A DNA stretch of 64,000 nucleotides from Octopus sinensis (Eukaryota): positions 13,702,001 through 13,766,000 of the forward strand of contig NC_042998.1 in NCBI RefSeq assembly GCF_006345805.1, read 5' to 3'. Of this stretch, positions 1 through 13,867 are shown one piece after another. Every line of letters starts with the position of its first letter. Positions within the stretch are counted from its first letter, which is position 1. The position numbers and the translations under genes are program-made. Under the pieces are notes generated by a model. It saw nothing but the letters and a program-made list of their open reading frames with translations, was not told where the DNA came from and did not search any database.

Positions 1-90
1 GCTTTCACAGAATAAGTCCTGGAGTGGATTCATTCGACTAAAGACAGTGCTCCAGTATGGCGGCAGTCGAATGACTGAAACAAATAAAAT
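1..90 (+). mobile_element. 3' end of SINE family A (truncated by window start)
   Basis: cagaataagtcctgg...gtgctccagtatggcggcagtcgaatgactgaaacaaataaaa matches the 3' tail of the longer copies at 5857, 19137, 21284 and 38801. Confidence 0.85.
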
Positions 91-686
91 AATGAATTAA
101 TATGCGTGCATGTGCGAGTTGGTATATATATGTGTGTGTGTGTGTCTGTGTGTGTGTGTGTCTGTGTGTGTGTGTGTGTGTGTGTACATACACACACATA
201 TTTCTATCTATCAGTCTCTTACATATATGTGTTTGTGTCTATGCTTGTGTTTGTGTGTTGTATGCAAGTGTGTGTAAGTATGTATATACCTAATCGTATG
301 TGTTATTGTTTTGTGTGTGTATCACGCGCTCCACCTCTGAGGACGTAAACAACCCCACGTCCCTAAAAAGCTTCTGCAAGACAGACTTATAGAATAGACA
401 CTGGGCTTAATAGAAAGATATGCGATAGTGTTGTTCCATTCATTCAAGTAAAACATTTGGAGCCGTTTCCCTACATTAGCCGTAGTCCTTACGACGAAGC
501 TGATAACACATATATATGCATGCATGTGTGGTTTGCTAGAGTGTGTGTGTGTGTGTGGTGTGTGTGTGTGTGTGCATAGATGGATAAGTGTGTTAGTAGG
601 TGTGTGTGAATGTGCTTGTTGTGCAGGATGATATCACGATGATAGTTGTGATCGAAGTGTCTTCCTATATTTACTGACAAATATTT

Positions 687-699
687 CTACTACTACTAT

Positions 700-791
<92 letters not shown>

Positions 792-807
792 AACTACTAC
801 TACTACA

Positions 808-839
<32 letters not shown>
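687..839. repeat. (CTA)n trinucleotide microsatellite
   Basis: Direct reading; a few interruptions. Confidence 0.98.
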
Positions 840-1009
840 GTGTAACTGAAAACGGTAAAAGAAAAATATCCGTGTGGTAATATACTTTCTTGAAACACTG
901 TTAATAAGAAGGAACTGTAGCAGACACTTTAAAAATAAATGTTATTTTATATTTTTTTATCTAATTGATTGAAAATGACAAAGTATATGTCTATGGACAT
1001 GAAACATAC

Positions 1010-1315
<306 letters not shown>

Positions 1316-2332
1316 TAGGTCGATAGATACATGACAATTTTTCTTAAAATAGAATGTCAATAACCATATTTCAAATTCTCTGGCTTTGCAGACAAAAATA
1401 CATCCACTAATCCCCCAGAAGTCGAGATAACAGTTCAGACATGCAAGAAGAGGAAACAAAAATAAATAAATAAATAAATAGAAGAAAACATAGATAGCAA
1501 TATCTCAAAATTTAATCCAGAATCAATCAACTTGGAAGTTAGAAAAAAAAGAACGTTCTTTTTTTAATCTTTCATCTGGTCAAAACGAAAAACAATTTAT
1601 GAATACATAAAAATCGCGATAGAACTTAACATAGATTTTTTTCAGAGTAGACATTTAATCCATTTTCAGTGAAGTTAAAAGCACCTTGATTTTTAATATG
1701 ATGTCTGCTAAAATTAAGTAGAAACAAGTGGATCATTTTTGCTTTTTTTTTATATTTGCCGATAGCATTAATGTTGGATGCGCCCCAAATACATTAGCAT
1801 ATTTATATAATCATCGTTCTCCAATATAGATTTCTACGTACTTTATGTCATTAAGTATGCGCATCTCGGTAAATGTTTTCTAAAATTATATTATTCAGGT
1901 CAAACGGCACTCGATCTCCTAAAAATTGCTGTGAAATTACTTGGTAGACACATTGCGTATATAGTAGACGTCGAAATAATGTAGACGTCGACGAAATATT
2001 TTGAACGGAACGAAATAGATTTTTTATCAAAGCATTGTAGCATTTTATCATATATCTTCCAAACATGACCAAACCATAAATATAAACGCAAAAGTCATAA
2101 CACTCACGTCATCATCAACAATGGCCTCTGTGTGTTAAGAAAGAAACCTAAATGACTTGACCCAAAGCACTCCGTATAAGAGGCAAATACGTTTCCAGTG
2201 ATTCAGTATTGTCATCAGAAAGAGTTTATACTTTGCACAATCGTTCCACGATAAAGATCTGACGGGATGCTGAAGGCTAGAAACTTTTCAGCACAATGAC
2301 TTAGTCGAACAGTCCTCTTCCCAACAACAATA

Positions 2333-2575
2333 AGGATGTTCGAGCTGGCAAAAACGTTAGCACGCCGGGCGAAATGCTTAGCGGTATTTCGTCTGCTGTT
2401 ATGTTTTGAGTTCAAATTCAGCCGAGGTCGGCTTAGCCTTTCATCCCTTTGGGGTCGATTAAATAAGTACCTGTTACGCACTGGGGTCAATATAATTGAC
2501 TTAATCCGTGTGTCTGTCCTTGTTTGTCCTCTCTGTGTTTATCCCCTTGTGGGTAGTAAAGAAATAGGTATTTCA
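2333..2575 (+). mobile_element. tRNA-type SINE family B, near full length
   Basis: Head gagctggcaaaaacgttagc (A-box-like) and gagttcaaattc (B-box-like); central gcctttcatccctttggggtcgattaaataagtacc; tail ccccttgtgggtagtaaagaaata. Closely similar to 42772-43004. Confidence 0.88.
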
Positions 2576-2580
2576 TTTGT

Positions 2581-2735
2581 CTTTACCTTCTGAGTTTAAA
2601 TTCTTCCAAGGTCGACTTTGCCTATCATCCTTTCGGGGTCGATAAAATAAGTACCAGCTGCGTACTAGGGTCGATCTAATTGCCTGGAACCCTTCCCAAA
2701 ATCTTCGGGCCTTCTGACTAGAGTAGAAAAGAAAA
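2581..2735 (+). mobile_element. SINE family B variant, 5'-truncated, in tandem with the previous copy
   Basis: gtcgactttgcctatcatcctttcggggtcgataaaataagtacc core with a different tail (ggccttctgactagagtagaaaagaa) that matches the minus-strand copy at 53838. Confidence 0.8.
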
Positions 2736-4104
2736 AGGATGTTATTCATATTTAATATCTGAATATAAAATATCGTGCATGCGAAATTCCAGTAATTGCA
2801 ATTATTTTTTATGTTGTTATTCATTGTAACATACAACTAAATAAAAATTGATCAGAGAATGAAAGTTTCTAAGATCGTGTATATATGTGAAATAGATGTG
2901 TAGAAGCGACTATTGTTTGGCAAAGGAGTGTCATTCAACCTAAACTGGGTGTTTCCCAGTAAAATTATCATCAATAGCAATCAAGTCAATAAATGTATTT
3001 TCTAACATAAATTCCCAAGTTTGTAGCGCAATTTCTAAGGAAATTTACTACTACGACCAATAACGCTGAGACGTTTTGGAGATATTTCATTCTTCGTCTT
3101 AAATGTAATTCACCATAAGAGTTTATATGCCTGATTTCAGCAAGCGGCAGTACCGCAGCAACATTCCCAATCGATCTATGGATGACCATACCAAGTTGCT
3201 GTGGTTTAACGGAATACGATTAAAAGGCTTCCCATCAGAATATTTCCGATTGTTTCATCAACAACTACACTTTTCAATATATTCTTATCATACAGGAGAT
3301 TAAGTATGATTTTCACATGTCATGGAAATATCTTGCATTACATGCAAGTTTGTACATGATTTGCCGATGACTACATAGCATGGAAAATGTTCTAAGATTT
3401 TTGAAATCCATAGACACAGAGAATGTATGCCTTGGCTTAAACTAGGATGAGCCGTACAATTGGTATTAATATAGGGAATATTACGGTGTTGGTTATCATC
3501 ATACAATAAACAAATCATAATTTAATTATTTGGTTCTCATATTACCTGTATTGCTATTTTTAAAGGACAATAATTATGATTGGCATTTGCCCATCCTTAA
3601 GCACAAATACATAGATGTATATGCACACAGAAATTTATACATCTATTTAAATATTCTTCTTAAATATTATAAACACGTATCTAGTGTCCATGTATGGAAA
3701 CAGCAATTAAAAATAGACATTTGCTATGATCTTCAGGTGTAGATATTATTCAATTTGGATTCACGTAACTTTCGTGATCAAAACCTATCAAATAACACTT
3801 CACACAATGGATGACGGAACTGGGGTGGTTTTAGGTAAATGTTGGCGTGTCGGTTACTTGATATCTATAACCAAATACATTTTCACTTCTAATTCTACAC
3901 AATACGAGATGCACGACTTAACCGTCTGGACAACAGATTTCTCCGTCCGAATTTCAAGAAGTCCAGCGGAGAATATATTGTAAGAATGGAATAATAATTT
4001 TGTAAATTTATATCAATTAATGTGTTTATCTTTTAAATTGTAGTTCCCAAATTTGTTAGACGCATATGCATATTTTATACATATGTGCATATAAAAATAA
4101 GTGT

Positions 4105-4156
<52 letters not shown>

Positions 4157-4186
4157 CACACACACATAAATATATATATACATATA

Positions 4187-4668
<482 letters not shown>

Positions 4669-4744
4669 TATACATACATATATAGATGTGTATATATGTT
4701 TACATAAAAAAATTATTTGCTAAAAAAATGTGACAGGCTTTACT

Positions 4745-5245
4745 AAGATTATGTTGCTACTTTTAAACCCCAGGAAAACATCTTTTGCAGCTGGTTTATC
4801 GACATATGATTCGTGTCCTAGCCATACTCTTAGCAACGGGGCGCACAGCTCCATTCTAGCAAATGGTACTAGTAGCAGAACTATGGTTTCTGAGTTATCT
4901 CTCTTCCTATGTGCTGGAAAGCCGCCTCACTAGGGACAACAGCCAGTCGGCCTTACTCATAGTATATACTTTTCAAAGCGACTCTTAGTCGCTGATCTCG
5001 TAAAGAGAAAAATAACTAGTTTTAAATCTTTGACTGAAATCTATATAGTAACAGTACTGGAAAGTAAAGTGCAGTTGCCTTGGACTATGTTACTACTTCG
5101 TAACACCAGTAAAACATCTTTTCCAGCTGGTTTATCGACACATGATCTGTGTCCTAGAATACTGTAAGCAAAGGGGCTTACTGCTCCTTTCTAGCTGTTG
5201 GCATTAGCAGCAAACCAAAGGTTCCTGGGTTATTTCTCGTCTTTG
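4745..5245. repeat. diverged direct duplication, period about 335 bp
   Basis: aaaacatcttttgcagctggtttatcgacatatgattcgtgtcctag (4776) versus aaaacatcttttccagctggtttatcgacacatgatctgtgtcctag (5111); similarity continues on both sides. Confidence 0.85.
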
Positions 5246-5712
5246 GTGCTAGGCATATTGTTCAAAACACTACGTAGCAAAAATTCCGAAAGAAAATGTT
5301 TTCAATATTATATGTAACTCACAATAAATGTGTTCTGTGCCCTTTCGTTCGTTTGTCCACTCTGTCGTATATACATATATGTGTATTTATGTCTGTGTGC
5401 ATGTATATATGTGTGTACGTCTGTGTGTGTGTGTGTGTATATGTGAGTCCTCTTATAGAAGAGTTCGCATTTAAATAAAGTATATTTATCTCACGCAAAC
5501 ATATATTTGAATAGAAGATGCATAAACTGTCATTGACATTTTGAAGACAGGATAAATATCTTCATGAAACGGTCAGCATATTTACATTATCTGGATACAT
5601 TATGAAAGTGAAGAGTTTTCTTTTTTGGTTTCTTTCATATTCCCAAGCTAAGCCCTTAAGATAATTACTCAAAACAATAAATCTTGACAATAATCACAAG
5701 CGGAATGTTGTT

Positions 5713-5746
<34 letters not shown>

Positions 5747-5856
5747 ATTGATCGAACATATTTATAGCGTAGCAGTTGTATAGGAATAGGTTCTCATTAA
5801 ATGATCTGAAATGAAATATTCATTTATAAATCAATATATGTTTTTATTTTCCAATG

Positions 5857-6345
5857 GGCGTAGGAGTGGCTGTGTGGTAAGTAGCTTGTTTACCAGCGAC
5901 ATGGTTCCGTGGCACCTTGGGCAAGTGTCTTCTACTATAGCCTCGGGCCGACCAAAGCCTTGTGAATGGATTTGGTAGACGGAAACTGAAAGAAGCCCGT
6001 CGTATATATGTATATATGTAGTTAGATCGTATGCGATCCTCTTCTACTATATCGGTTATCCACATAGTGGCTATCCCTAAATATACACATGTATCTATAT
6101 ACATGTGTGTGTGTTTGTGTGTGTGTGGGGTGTATGTGTGTGTTTGTGTGTGTGTATGTGTGTGTATGCTTGACCACCGATGCTGGTGTGTTTACGTCCC
6201 CGTAACTTAGCGGTTCGGTAAAAGAGACGGATAGAATAAAGTACTAAGCTTACAAAGAATAAGTCCTGGGGTCGATTTGCTCGACTAAAGGCGGTGCTCC
6301 AGCTTGGCCACAGTCAAATGACTGAAACAAATAAAAGAGTAAGAG
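5857..6345 (+). mobile_element. SINE family A with internal microsatellite
   Basis: Head ggcgtaggagtggctgtgtggtaagtagc, body ccttgggcaagtgtcttctactatagcc...gaaactgaaagaagcccgtcgt, internal (TG)n, tail cagtcaaatgactgaaacaaataaaagag. Confidence 0.92.
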
Positions 6346-6833
6346 AGAGTACAACTCTGAAATAACGTAATACACACCGTTACTGTCGTTGTTATTTCGT
6401 CCCAGCTTAACAGTTCCCAAGAGAGAACCCTTTATTCCAGGACTATTCTATCGGTTTCTACATAGTTTATGTTAGGCTGCATTAATAATTCTAAAGTGTC
6501 ATTGAGTTCAGCGAGAGAAAAATTGGCTGTTGTTTCCAGCATTTCGAACGTTCACATAAATGTGCATACATAGTCTCGCCAGGTACGAATTTTGGTATTG
6601 TATTTATTCGAATTATGATTGGAATAATTTTCCCGCTTACATATTTGGAATTAGTTAATACACACAGCGTTGGGAATAATTCAGGTGTAAATATATTTAG
6701 CCCAGAATTTGTCATTTATGCGGTTTGGGGGAAATCGCCAGAAGTCTTGTGACATGTAGTCAATGATACCATGCTGTATCTTCGAAAAGCTTTGCGACAT
6801 AATAGATATAATATGTATATATATATATATGTG

Positions 6834-6944
<111 letters not shown>

Positions 6945-6967
6945 GTATATGTATATACATATATATT

Positions 6968-7000
<33 letters not shown>

Positions 7001-7037
7001 ATATGTATATATATATATAATATATATATACATACAC

Positions 7038-7121
<84 letters not shown>

Positions 7122-7865
7122 TCATACATATGTAAATTTAACGATCAGCTAAAGCAAAAGTTCAGTGTGAAAAATTACGTATTATCTGCAGATTTAAATA
7201 TTAGTGTCATTTCTTCAGGCCTGCATTATCGGTGCGCTCTAAGTTCTATTGAAGAAACACACTTCAATTCTTCGATGTGCAATGTAAAGGCGCAGCTGCA
7301 CTCCTGGTGCAAATAAGTCCCAGTCTAATGTTAAGAATCGCAAATTTTCATGTAAAATTTGTTAACCTCATTTATTTTTATTTGGTGTATATTTTACTCT
7401 TTACTAAATCCCACACAATGGTTTTGCATCTAAAAACATTCAATCTTACTCAACGTTACAATCCAATATTAACTGGGAGCTTAAACTGCTAGTAGTGTGC
7501 TGCACTGGAAATACTCCCATCTTTCTACCCACATGGAACCTTGTATATACGTACATACATATATACATACTGTTATGTCAAGCATTCGGATGCCTTCTAC
7601 TCAACACTACTCTACTATGTTCTACTCTACTGACCGCTACTCAACTGAGCTCTACTCGTCTCTACTACTCTTCTCTCCTACTACTCTGACGCCTAGGCTT
7701 CTCCCTGTATATCTACGTATTGGGTAGCCTATTTCATCGTCTGGGGCCGTCCACACAACACATACATACATACATACATATTTATGAGTGTGTGATCGTG
7801 CGCGTGTAAAAATACACACATAAAAACATGTACAAAGGAAATATATTTCCAAAATTTCGAATGTT

Positions 7866-8275
7866 AATTTAAATTAAGTTAAGTTAATTTCTTTGCTCAG
7901 AAAGCAAAAAGCAAGGCATGTAGGGGTACATGGAGTTATGTACAGGGTGGTGTTCATGTAAAGAGTTCAGGCCATTTCTGGTCAAGAGAGACTTTGAACC
8001 GAGCGATCGTCGGCATCTTCACTATCTCGTCCGGCAGCTTATTCCACGGATCCGCAACCTTCGATTGAGATGAAATCGTCGCAGAAACAGCTTTTCGGAG
8101 TGAGCCCGCAGCCGACGCTCTGGTGCAGGAGTGAAGAACAGCTCTTTCGAGAGGTTACACTTTCCGCTTATGATGTTGTGAGCAAGAATGAGATCACCAC
8201 GGCGTCGTCGTTTTTCTAGAGAATAAAGGTCGAGCGTCTTCAGCCTTTCTTCTTAAGACAAATGCTTCATAAGAC
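7866..8275 (-). mobile_element. CR1-like LINE 3' fragment (ORF2 C-terminus and 3' UTR)
   Basis: Minus-strand translation MKHLS*EERLKTLDLYSLEKRRRRGDLILAHNIISG...LFFTPAPERRLRAHSEKLF is typical of the CR1 ORF2 C-terminus; (AACTT)n-like tail. Confidence 0.85.
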
Positions 8276-8423
8276 AAATGCATATGAATGCGATTCGTAC
8301 GTGTGATCCATTTCGAAATGATTGTCCAATCTACTTGAAATATAGATAAGAAAGACTGCAACAACTGATTTGTGAAAGCTTAGTTTTTAATTACAATTTT
8401 ATCAACGTTTAACGTTTCCTTAT

Positions 8424-8790
8424 AAATCATTAAATCATTAAAAATGTTTTAGCCCGAATGCCGCGGCCATGCCGGGGCACCACCGCTGAATGAGCTACAC
8501 TAATTTGTGAATCCACCTCTGATACGTGGCACTTGATCAACAAGGGAGTTCGATGCTGCTGCCCGCATCCGCGTCTCCTGTCGTAAGGTAGGCTCATCTG
8601 GGACTCCCAACAAGAAGAGATCCTGTTTAGTTTTAAAGAAACCACATCCACACCATGTAAGTCTCTCAGGCATTTAGGGAGGATGTTAAAGAGCTGTGGT
8701 CCTCTGAAACCCAAGCTGTTGCAGTATCTGGACCTGTATTGTGATGGTGATGTTGGAATACTTGGCACCATGCAGTGGCGCATTATAATT
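8424..8790 (-). mobile_element. second CR1-like LINE 3' fragment with 3' UTR
   Basis: Track ORF 8430-8783 contains NSLGFRGPQLFNILPKCLRDLHGVDVV; UTR ends ggtggtgccccggcatggccgcggcattcgggctaaaacatttttaatgatttaatgattt; second copy at 54643. Confidence 0.8.
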
Positions 8791-9099
8791 TTAATCTTAC
8801 AAAATTGTTATTACAATATGTAAGTTTCAACTTCTCCCTTCAGTAAAGAAACCTTACAGAACATACCTCGTGATAAAATGAAATTGAGTGAAATGAACGA
8901 ATTTGATATTGCTGTTTAAATGTAATTTAGCAATTAAAATGTATTTAAAAAAACGGAGTTATTCTTAGAATTGAAAAAAATTTATAGATTACGTAAGTGT
9001 TCCAAAGAAAATGTAAAATCCATTATCGCAATATGAATCGATTCTTATCAATTACGTGTACACTCATAACCACACACTCACGCACACTCACGCACACTC

Positions 9100-9522
9100 A
9101 CACATACACAAACACACTTACATATTTTCATACAACGACACACTCGCATACATACACAAACACACTTTCCTATATTCATATAAAAACACAGACACGCATA
9201 CACAGAAAGCAAATAGACATACTAATACAAGTATACGATTATATGAATGTATGTGAATATATTCATACATACGTGTGTGTGTGCGTGAGATTTTTTAATG
9301 AATCACACATGCACATACACAAACACACATACATATTTTCATACAAAGACACACTCGCATACATTCACTAACACACTCTCCTAAATTCATATAAACACAC
9401 AGACATGCATACACACAAGGCACATAGACATACTAATACAAGTATACGAATATATGAGTGTATGGGAATATATTTATACATACGTGTGTGTGTGTCTGTG
9501 CGTGAGATTTTTCAATGAATCA
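9100..9522. repeat. tandem duplication, period about 210 bp
   Basis: catattttcatacaacgacacactcgcatac...gtgcgtgagattttttaatgaatca is repeated from 9111 and 9321 with scattered substitutions. Confidence 0.9.
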
Positions 9523-10762
9523 GTGTTTGTGCGTGTATGATTTCCTTTTTATGTCTCCCGCTGTATGCATTCATTCGCAATTCGTATCACACATATTATT
9601 AGTTTGAATACATAGCAATAACACTGCAGATAGATTAAGTGCATATCATGACTTACATAACGTCTTTGGCGACACATAGCTAATTACATTAGGGATATAT
9701 AAATACCATTGCAGAAATATCAAAATGTGTGTATCTCAAAAACTAGAAGAGAAATGGAAGTGTGTGTGTGTATAAAATGATAAAGAAAGAATAGGATCTA
9801 GGTAATCGAATGGAAGAATTTATATCACACTGCAAAAATGATTAGTGTATTTCGTACATCAAAACCGACTTTATTACTTAAGTGAGTACAATACAGGAAA
9901 AGATCAAAACACTCTTCCATCTGTAGATTAATATCAAGGTTTTGACGTTGATATTCCATTGGATAAATACTTAGTACTTTAATGCAGTACAGTACGGCAA
10001 TGCTGGCTTTCCCTCATCGGCTTGCATCTTTTATCATCGGCCAATCAAACTCAAAATTCATGAGACAAGATTGGAAAATAAATTATTGATGTATAGGATG
10101 TTATTGTCAAGTAGACGACCAATGAAATGTGTTTATTATATCCAAGATGCGATGGTTGTGGTACTTCGCGAAATTAAAGATCTTGTGAAGGATTCAATTC
10201 TCAATCTCTCGAGAATATAATTCATTTAGTTAACGCTGATCAATTGGTTAGAATTTCGTTTACCATTACTCAATTCGATTAAATTTGACAGGGTCGACGT
10301 AACCTAATGATTTGAATCTGTGCCAATAACAACTACTTCAAATGCGCACATATGCCATGATTCTTCTTACAGGGCAAATGTATTCCGCTTTCTAGCTACT
10401 GTGTTGTTGACATTCATTATGAACCTAGTATAAGTGCTTGGAAAATCTGGTCGGAATACGCTACGTAATTATATAACGAAACAATGCGTTGTAATTGGTA
10501 ACGCTTCTCGGTAACTTAAAATACTTGATGAGGCTTTCAATTCAAATAATCGAATTAGTAATTTGATATTGAATGCAATGCATTCTCTTTCAGTAATGAC
10601 TTATACGAAATAAAGAATACTATTTTATATAGAGTCTCAAGATTTCTATGGGATTAGAGATTTCTACAATATCATAGAGGTTTCTATAAACAGAGAAATT
10701 TATCCAAAAGGTTTCCATACATATAAAGAAAATCAATCTTATGTAACTATCAATCAATCAAT

Positions 10763-10980
<218 letters not shown>

Positions 10981-11833
10981 CATGCATAGTGTATTGAATG
11001 GAAAGTAGTAATTAGAACGCCATTGTCCGTTTGACTGAAAAATGCATACAGGAGAATATATACGTATCGATCTTTTGCAAAAGTGATTTAGTATATCGAT
11101 AATTCACTTCATAACACCTAGAAAAATGACTGAGACATTGGATGGGGTATAACTAGATACACTACTACTGGTAAATAAATAGCATTTTGGATATTCTCGA
11201 AGGCATTTGATCATGGTTAAACACATTCTCACCTGGCATGGCCTGGGGTTAAAGAAGCATAGTCACTATAAACTTAGTAGAACTCAACACAATGAGTAGA
11301 ATTGTTCTTGAAACAAATATATATATACAAATGCACGCGTATCTGCCTACACATGCTCAAACACATATGTGTTACGTGGCACGAAGCAACACTAAAAGAA
11401 ACATACTTAATACTAATGTATTTTATTCAACGCTGCTTCGAGAATTCTTGTTTATCTCATTCAGGTTACACTAAGCTCACGTACGTCATCAAACGTTCTG
11501 CGTACTGCTGCTATAAATTAATTTCGTTCTTATCAGGCTGTGAAGGGCAGATTTGTTATTCGTTGTTGACCAACCAACTGGAAGTTCAAAGCAGACATCC
11601 TACGATCCAGTGACATAATTCGCACAAATCTACGAGGAGGATTTTTGTTCCGATATTTATGTAGTGCGGCAAAAATTCTTACATGCGAATGTGTTAAATA
11701 TAACTCACATGTATATATGTGTGTGTGTGTACGTATGTGTGCGAGTGCGTGCGTGTGTGTATGTATATATCTATATGTATATATATGTATATATATATAT
11801 TATATATATATATATATAGATATATATATATAT

Positions 11834-11892
<59 letters not shown>

Positions 11893-11959
11893 CATACATA
11901 CATACATACATACATACATACAAACATACATACATACATACATACATATACATATATCT

Positions 11960-12270
11960 GTGAAGGTGCATGGCTTAGTGGTATGATACCGAGGTTGCGA
12001 GGTCGATTCCCGGAGAGGGCTGCGTGTGGTGTTATTTTATTTCACGTTGCTCCAGTTCACTCAGCTGTAGAAATGAGTTACGATGTCACTGGTGCCAAGC
12101 TGTATCAGCTTTAGCCTTTTCCTTGCTTAACACTGGTGGCGTGCAGAGGGGAGGCCGGTATGCATAGGCGACTGTTGGCCTTCCATAAACAACCTTGCCC
12201 GGACTTGTGCCTGGGTGGGTAACTTTCTAAGTGCAATACCATGGTCAGTCATGGCCGAAGGGGGTCTCTC
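11960..12270 (+). mobile_element. SINE family D (same tRNA-like head as family C, different body)
   Basis: gtgaaggtgcatggcttagtggt...gaggtcgattccc head; tttatttcacgttgctccagttcactcagctg body; flanked by microsatellites. Confidence 0.75.
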
Positions 12271-12303
12271 TCACACACAAACACACACGCACATCTATGT
12301 ATC

Positions 12304-12396
<93 letters not shown>

Positions 12397-12535
12397 CGTT
12401 CACTATTTTCCACTCGTTCTGGTCATTTGCATTATAAGTACAAGACCTGAAATGTGGTGGGAGGTGGTTAGTGAACAACTTGCCACTATGAATATTGTCT
12501 GGAATGCTAACGATACTACTAACCTAGTAATAATA

Positions 12536-12680
12536 ATTATTTACATTATTTACATTATTTACATTCGATAGATATTTGTCCTCATTTTGTTTGCTGTCAA
12601 CAACGTTTCGGCTGATATATCCTCCAGCCTTCTTCAGGTGTCTTGGGAAAATTTCGAACCTCAGTTCTCATTCCTGACGT
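12536..12680 (-). mobile_element. Penelope-type pseudo-LTR-like unit carrying a hammerhead motif
   Basis: Minus strand gacacCTGAAGAaGGCTGgaggatatatCAGCCGAAACGTTgttgac; terminal (attatttac)n; partial inverted copy at 12925-12995. Confidence 0.7.
12598..12642 (-). ncRNA. minimal type I hammerhead ribozyme motif, canonical core
   Basis: CUGAAGA (12637-12631), stem II GGCUG/CAGCC, GAAA (12609-12606), palindromic ACGU stem III, GUU cleavage triplet; stem I is only 2-3 bp in this copy. Confidence 0.75.
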
Positions 12681-13010
12681 TCCTAGGTTTGCAAATATCA
12701 GCACCTCATCAATAAGAGGATCTTGGAAGATTGTCATAAAATGTACAAAAGCTTTGCGAAATTTCTTGTCTGTAAATACGAGATCATAACTTGAAACAGT
12801 GCCAATTAATCTCTCAATGCTAGGGATTTAAGACTTTCATGTTGCATTTTCCATGGCGACTCTCTACCACCATTCCGTTTTTGTTTAGACTTAAAACCTC
12901 TCCCGAAATTCCTCGATGATGTACAATATCCGTCGAATGTAAATAATATAAATAATGTACACAATTCCTCATCTCTTAAATGTAGAACTGTAGTAACAAT
13001 AATGGTATTC

Positions 13011-13431
13011 GAGCACCGTAGGCCGGATATAGTAACCTTTAGGAGGGACAAACAAGAGTGACAAATAATCGACGTAGCAGTGCTAGGAGATTAACATATT
13101 ATCATGAAAGAAAGAGAGAATGTATATATTTAAATAAACCTGAGAAGTGAGATCGCTTAGATGTGGCAGCTACGAAAGTCAAACGTAAAGGATATCCCTA
13201 ATGTCGTCAGAGCATTGGATTCAATACCACCAAATCTGAAAAAACAAAATACTATCTGAAAACTTTCAAAACATCCTGCAATCTAGATGAATTGCAAAAG
13301 TCGGCATTATTTCGAACTGCACTCATATAGCGCAAAGTGCTGTCTATCTGAGGTACTTGCTGTGACTTGACAGGTAGTACAAACCCCCTTCAATCAAGAA
13401 CCTTACGATACTGTATGCTGTCTGACGTCTA
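13011..13431 (+). mobile_element. degenerate R4/Dong-like LINE 3' end (RLE domain)
   Basis: EHRRPDIV, IIDVAVLGD, ELQKSALFRTALI-like motifs with stops and frameshifts; ends directly in (AAT)n. Confidence 0.75.

Positions 13432-13867
<436 letters not shown>

Noticed and set aside
335-375. ctga-GGACGT...ACGTCC-ctaaaa as a hammerhead
   Set aside because: A stem is present but both the CUGANGA and GAAA cores are broken, and there is no stem I or III.
6400-6790. FSLAELNDTL...TDRIVLE as a LINE linker fragment
   Set aside because: Too degenerate, with no adjacent RT motifs.
9950-10600. LRR-like word fragments here and at about 3000-3500 and 21900-22250
   Set aside because: No frame stays open and no full LxxLxLxxN periodicity could be shown.
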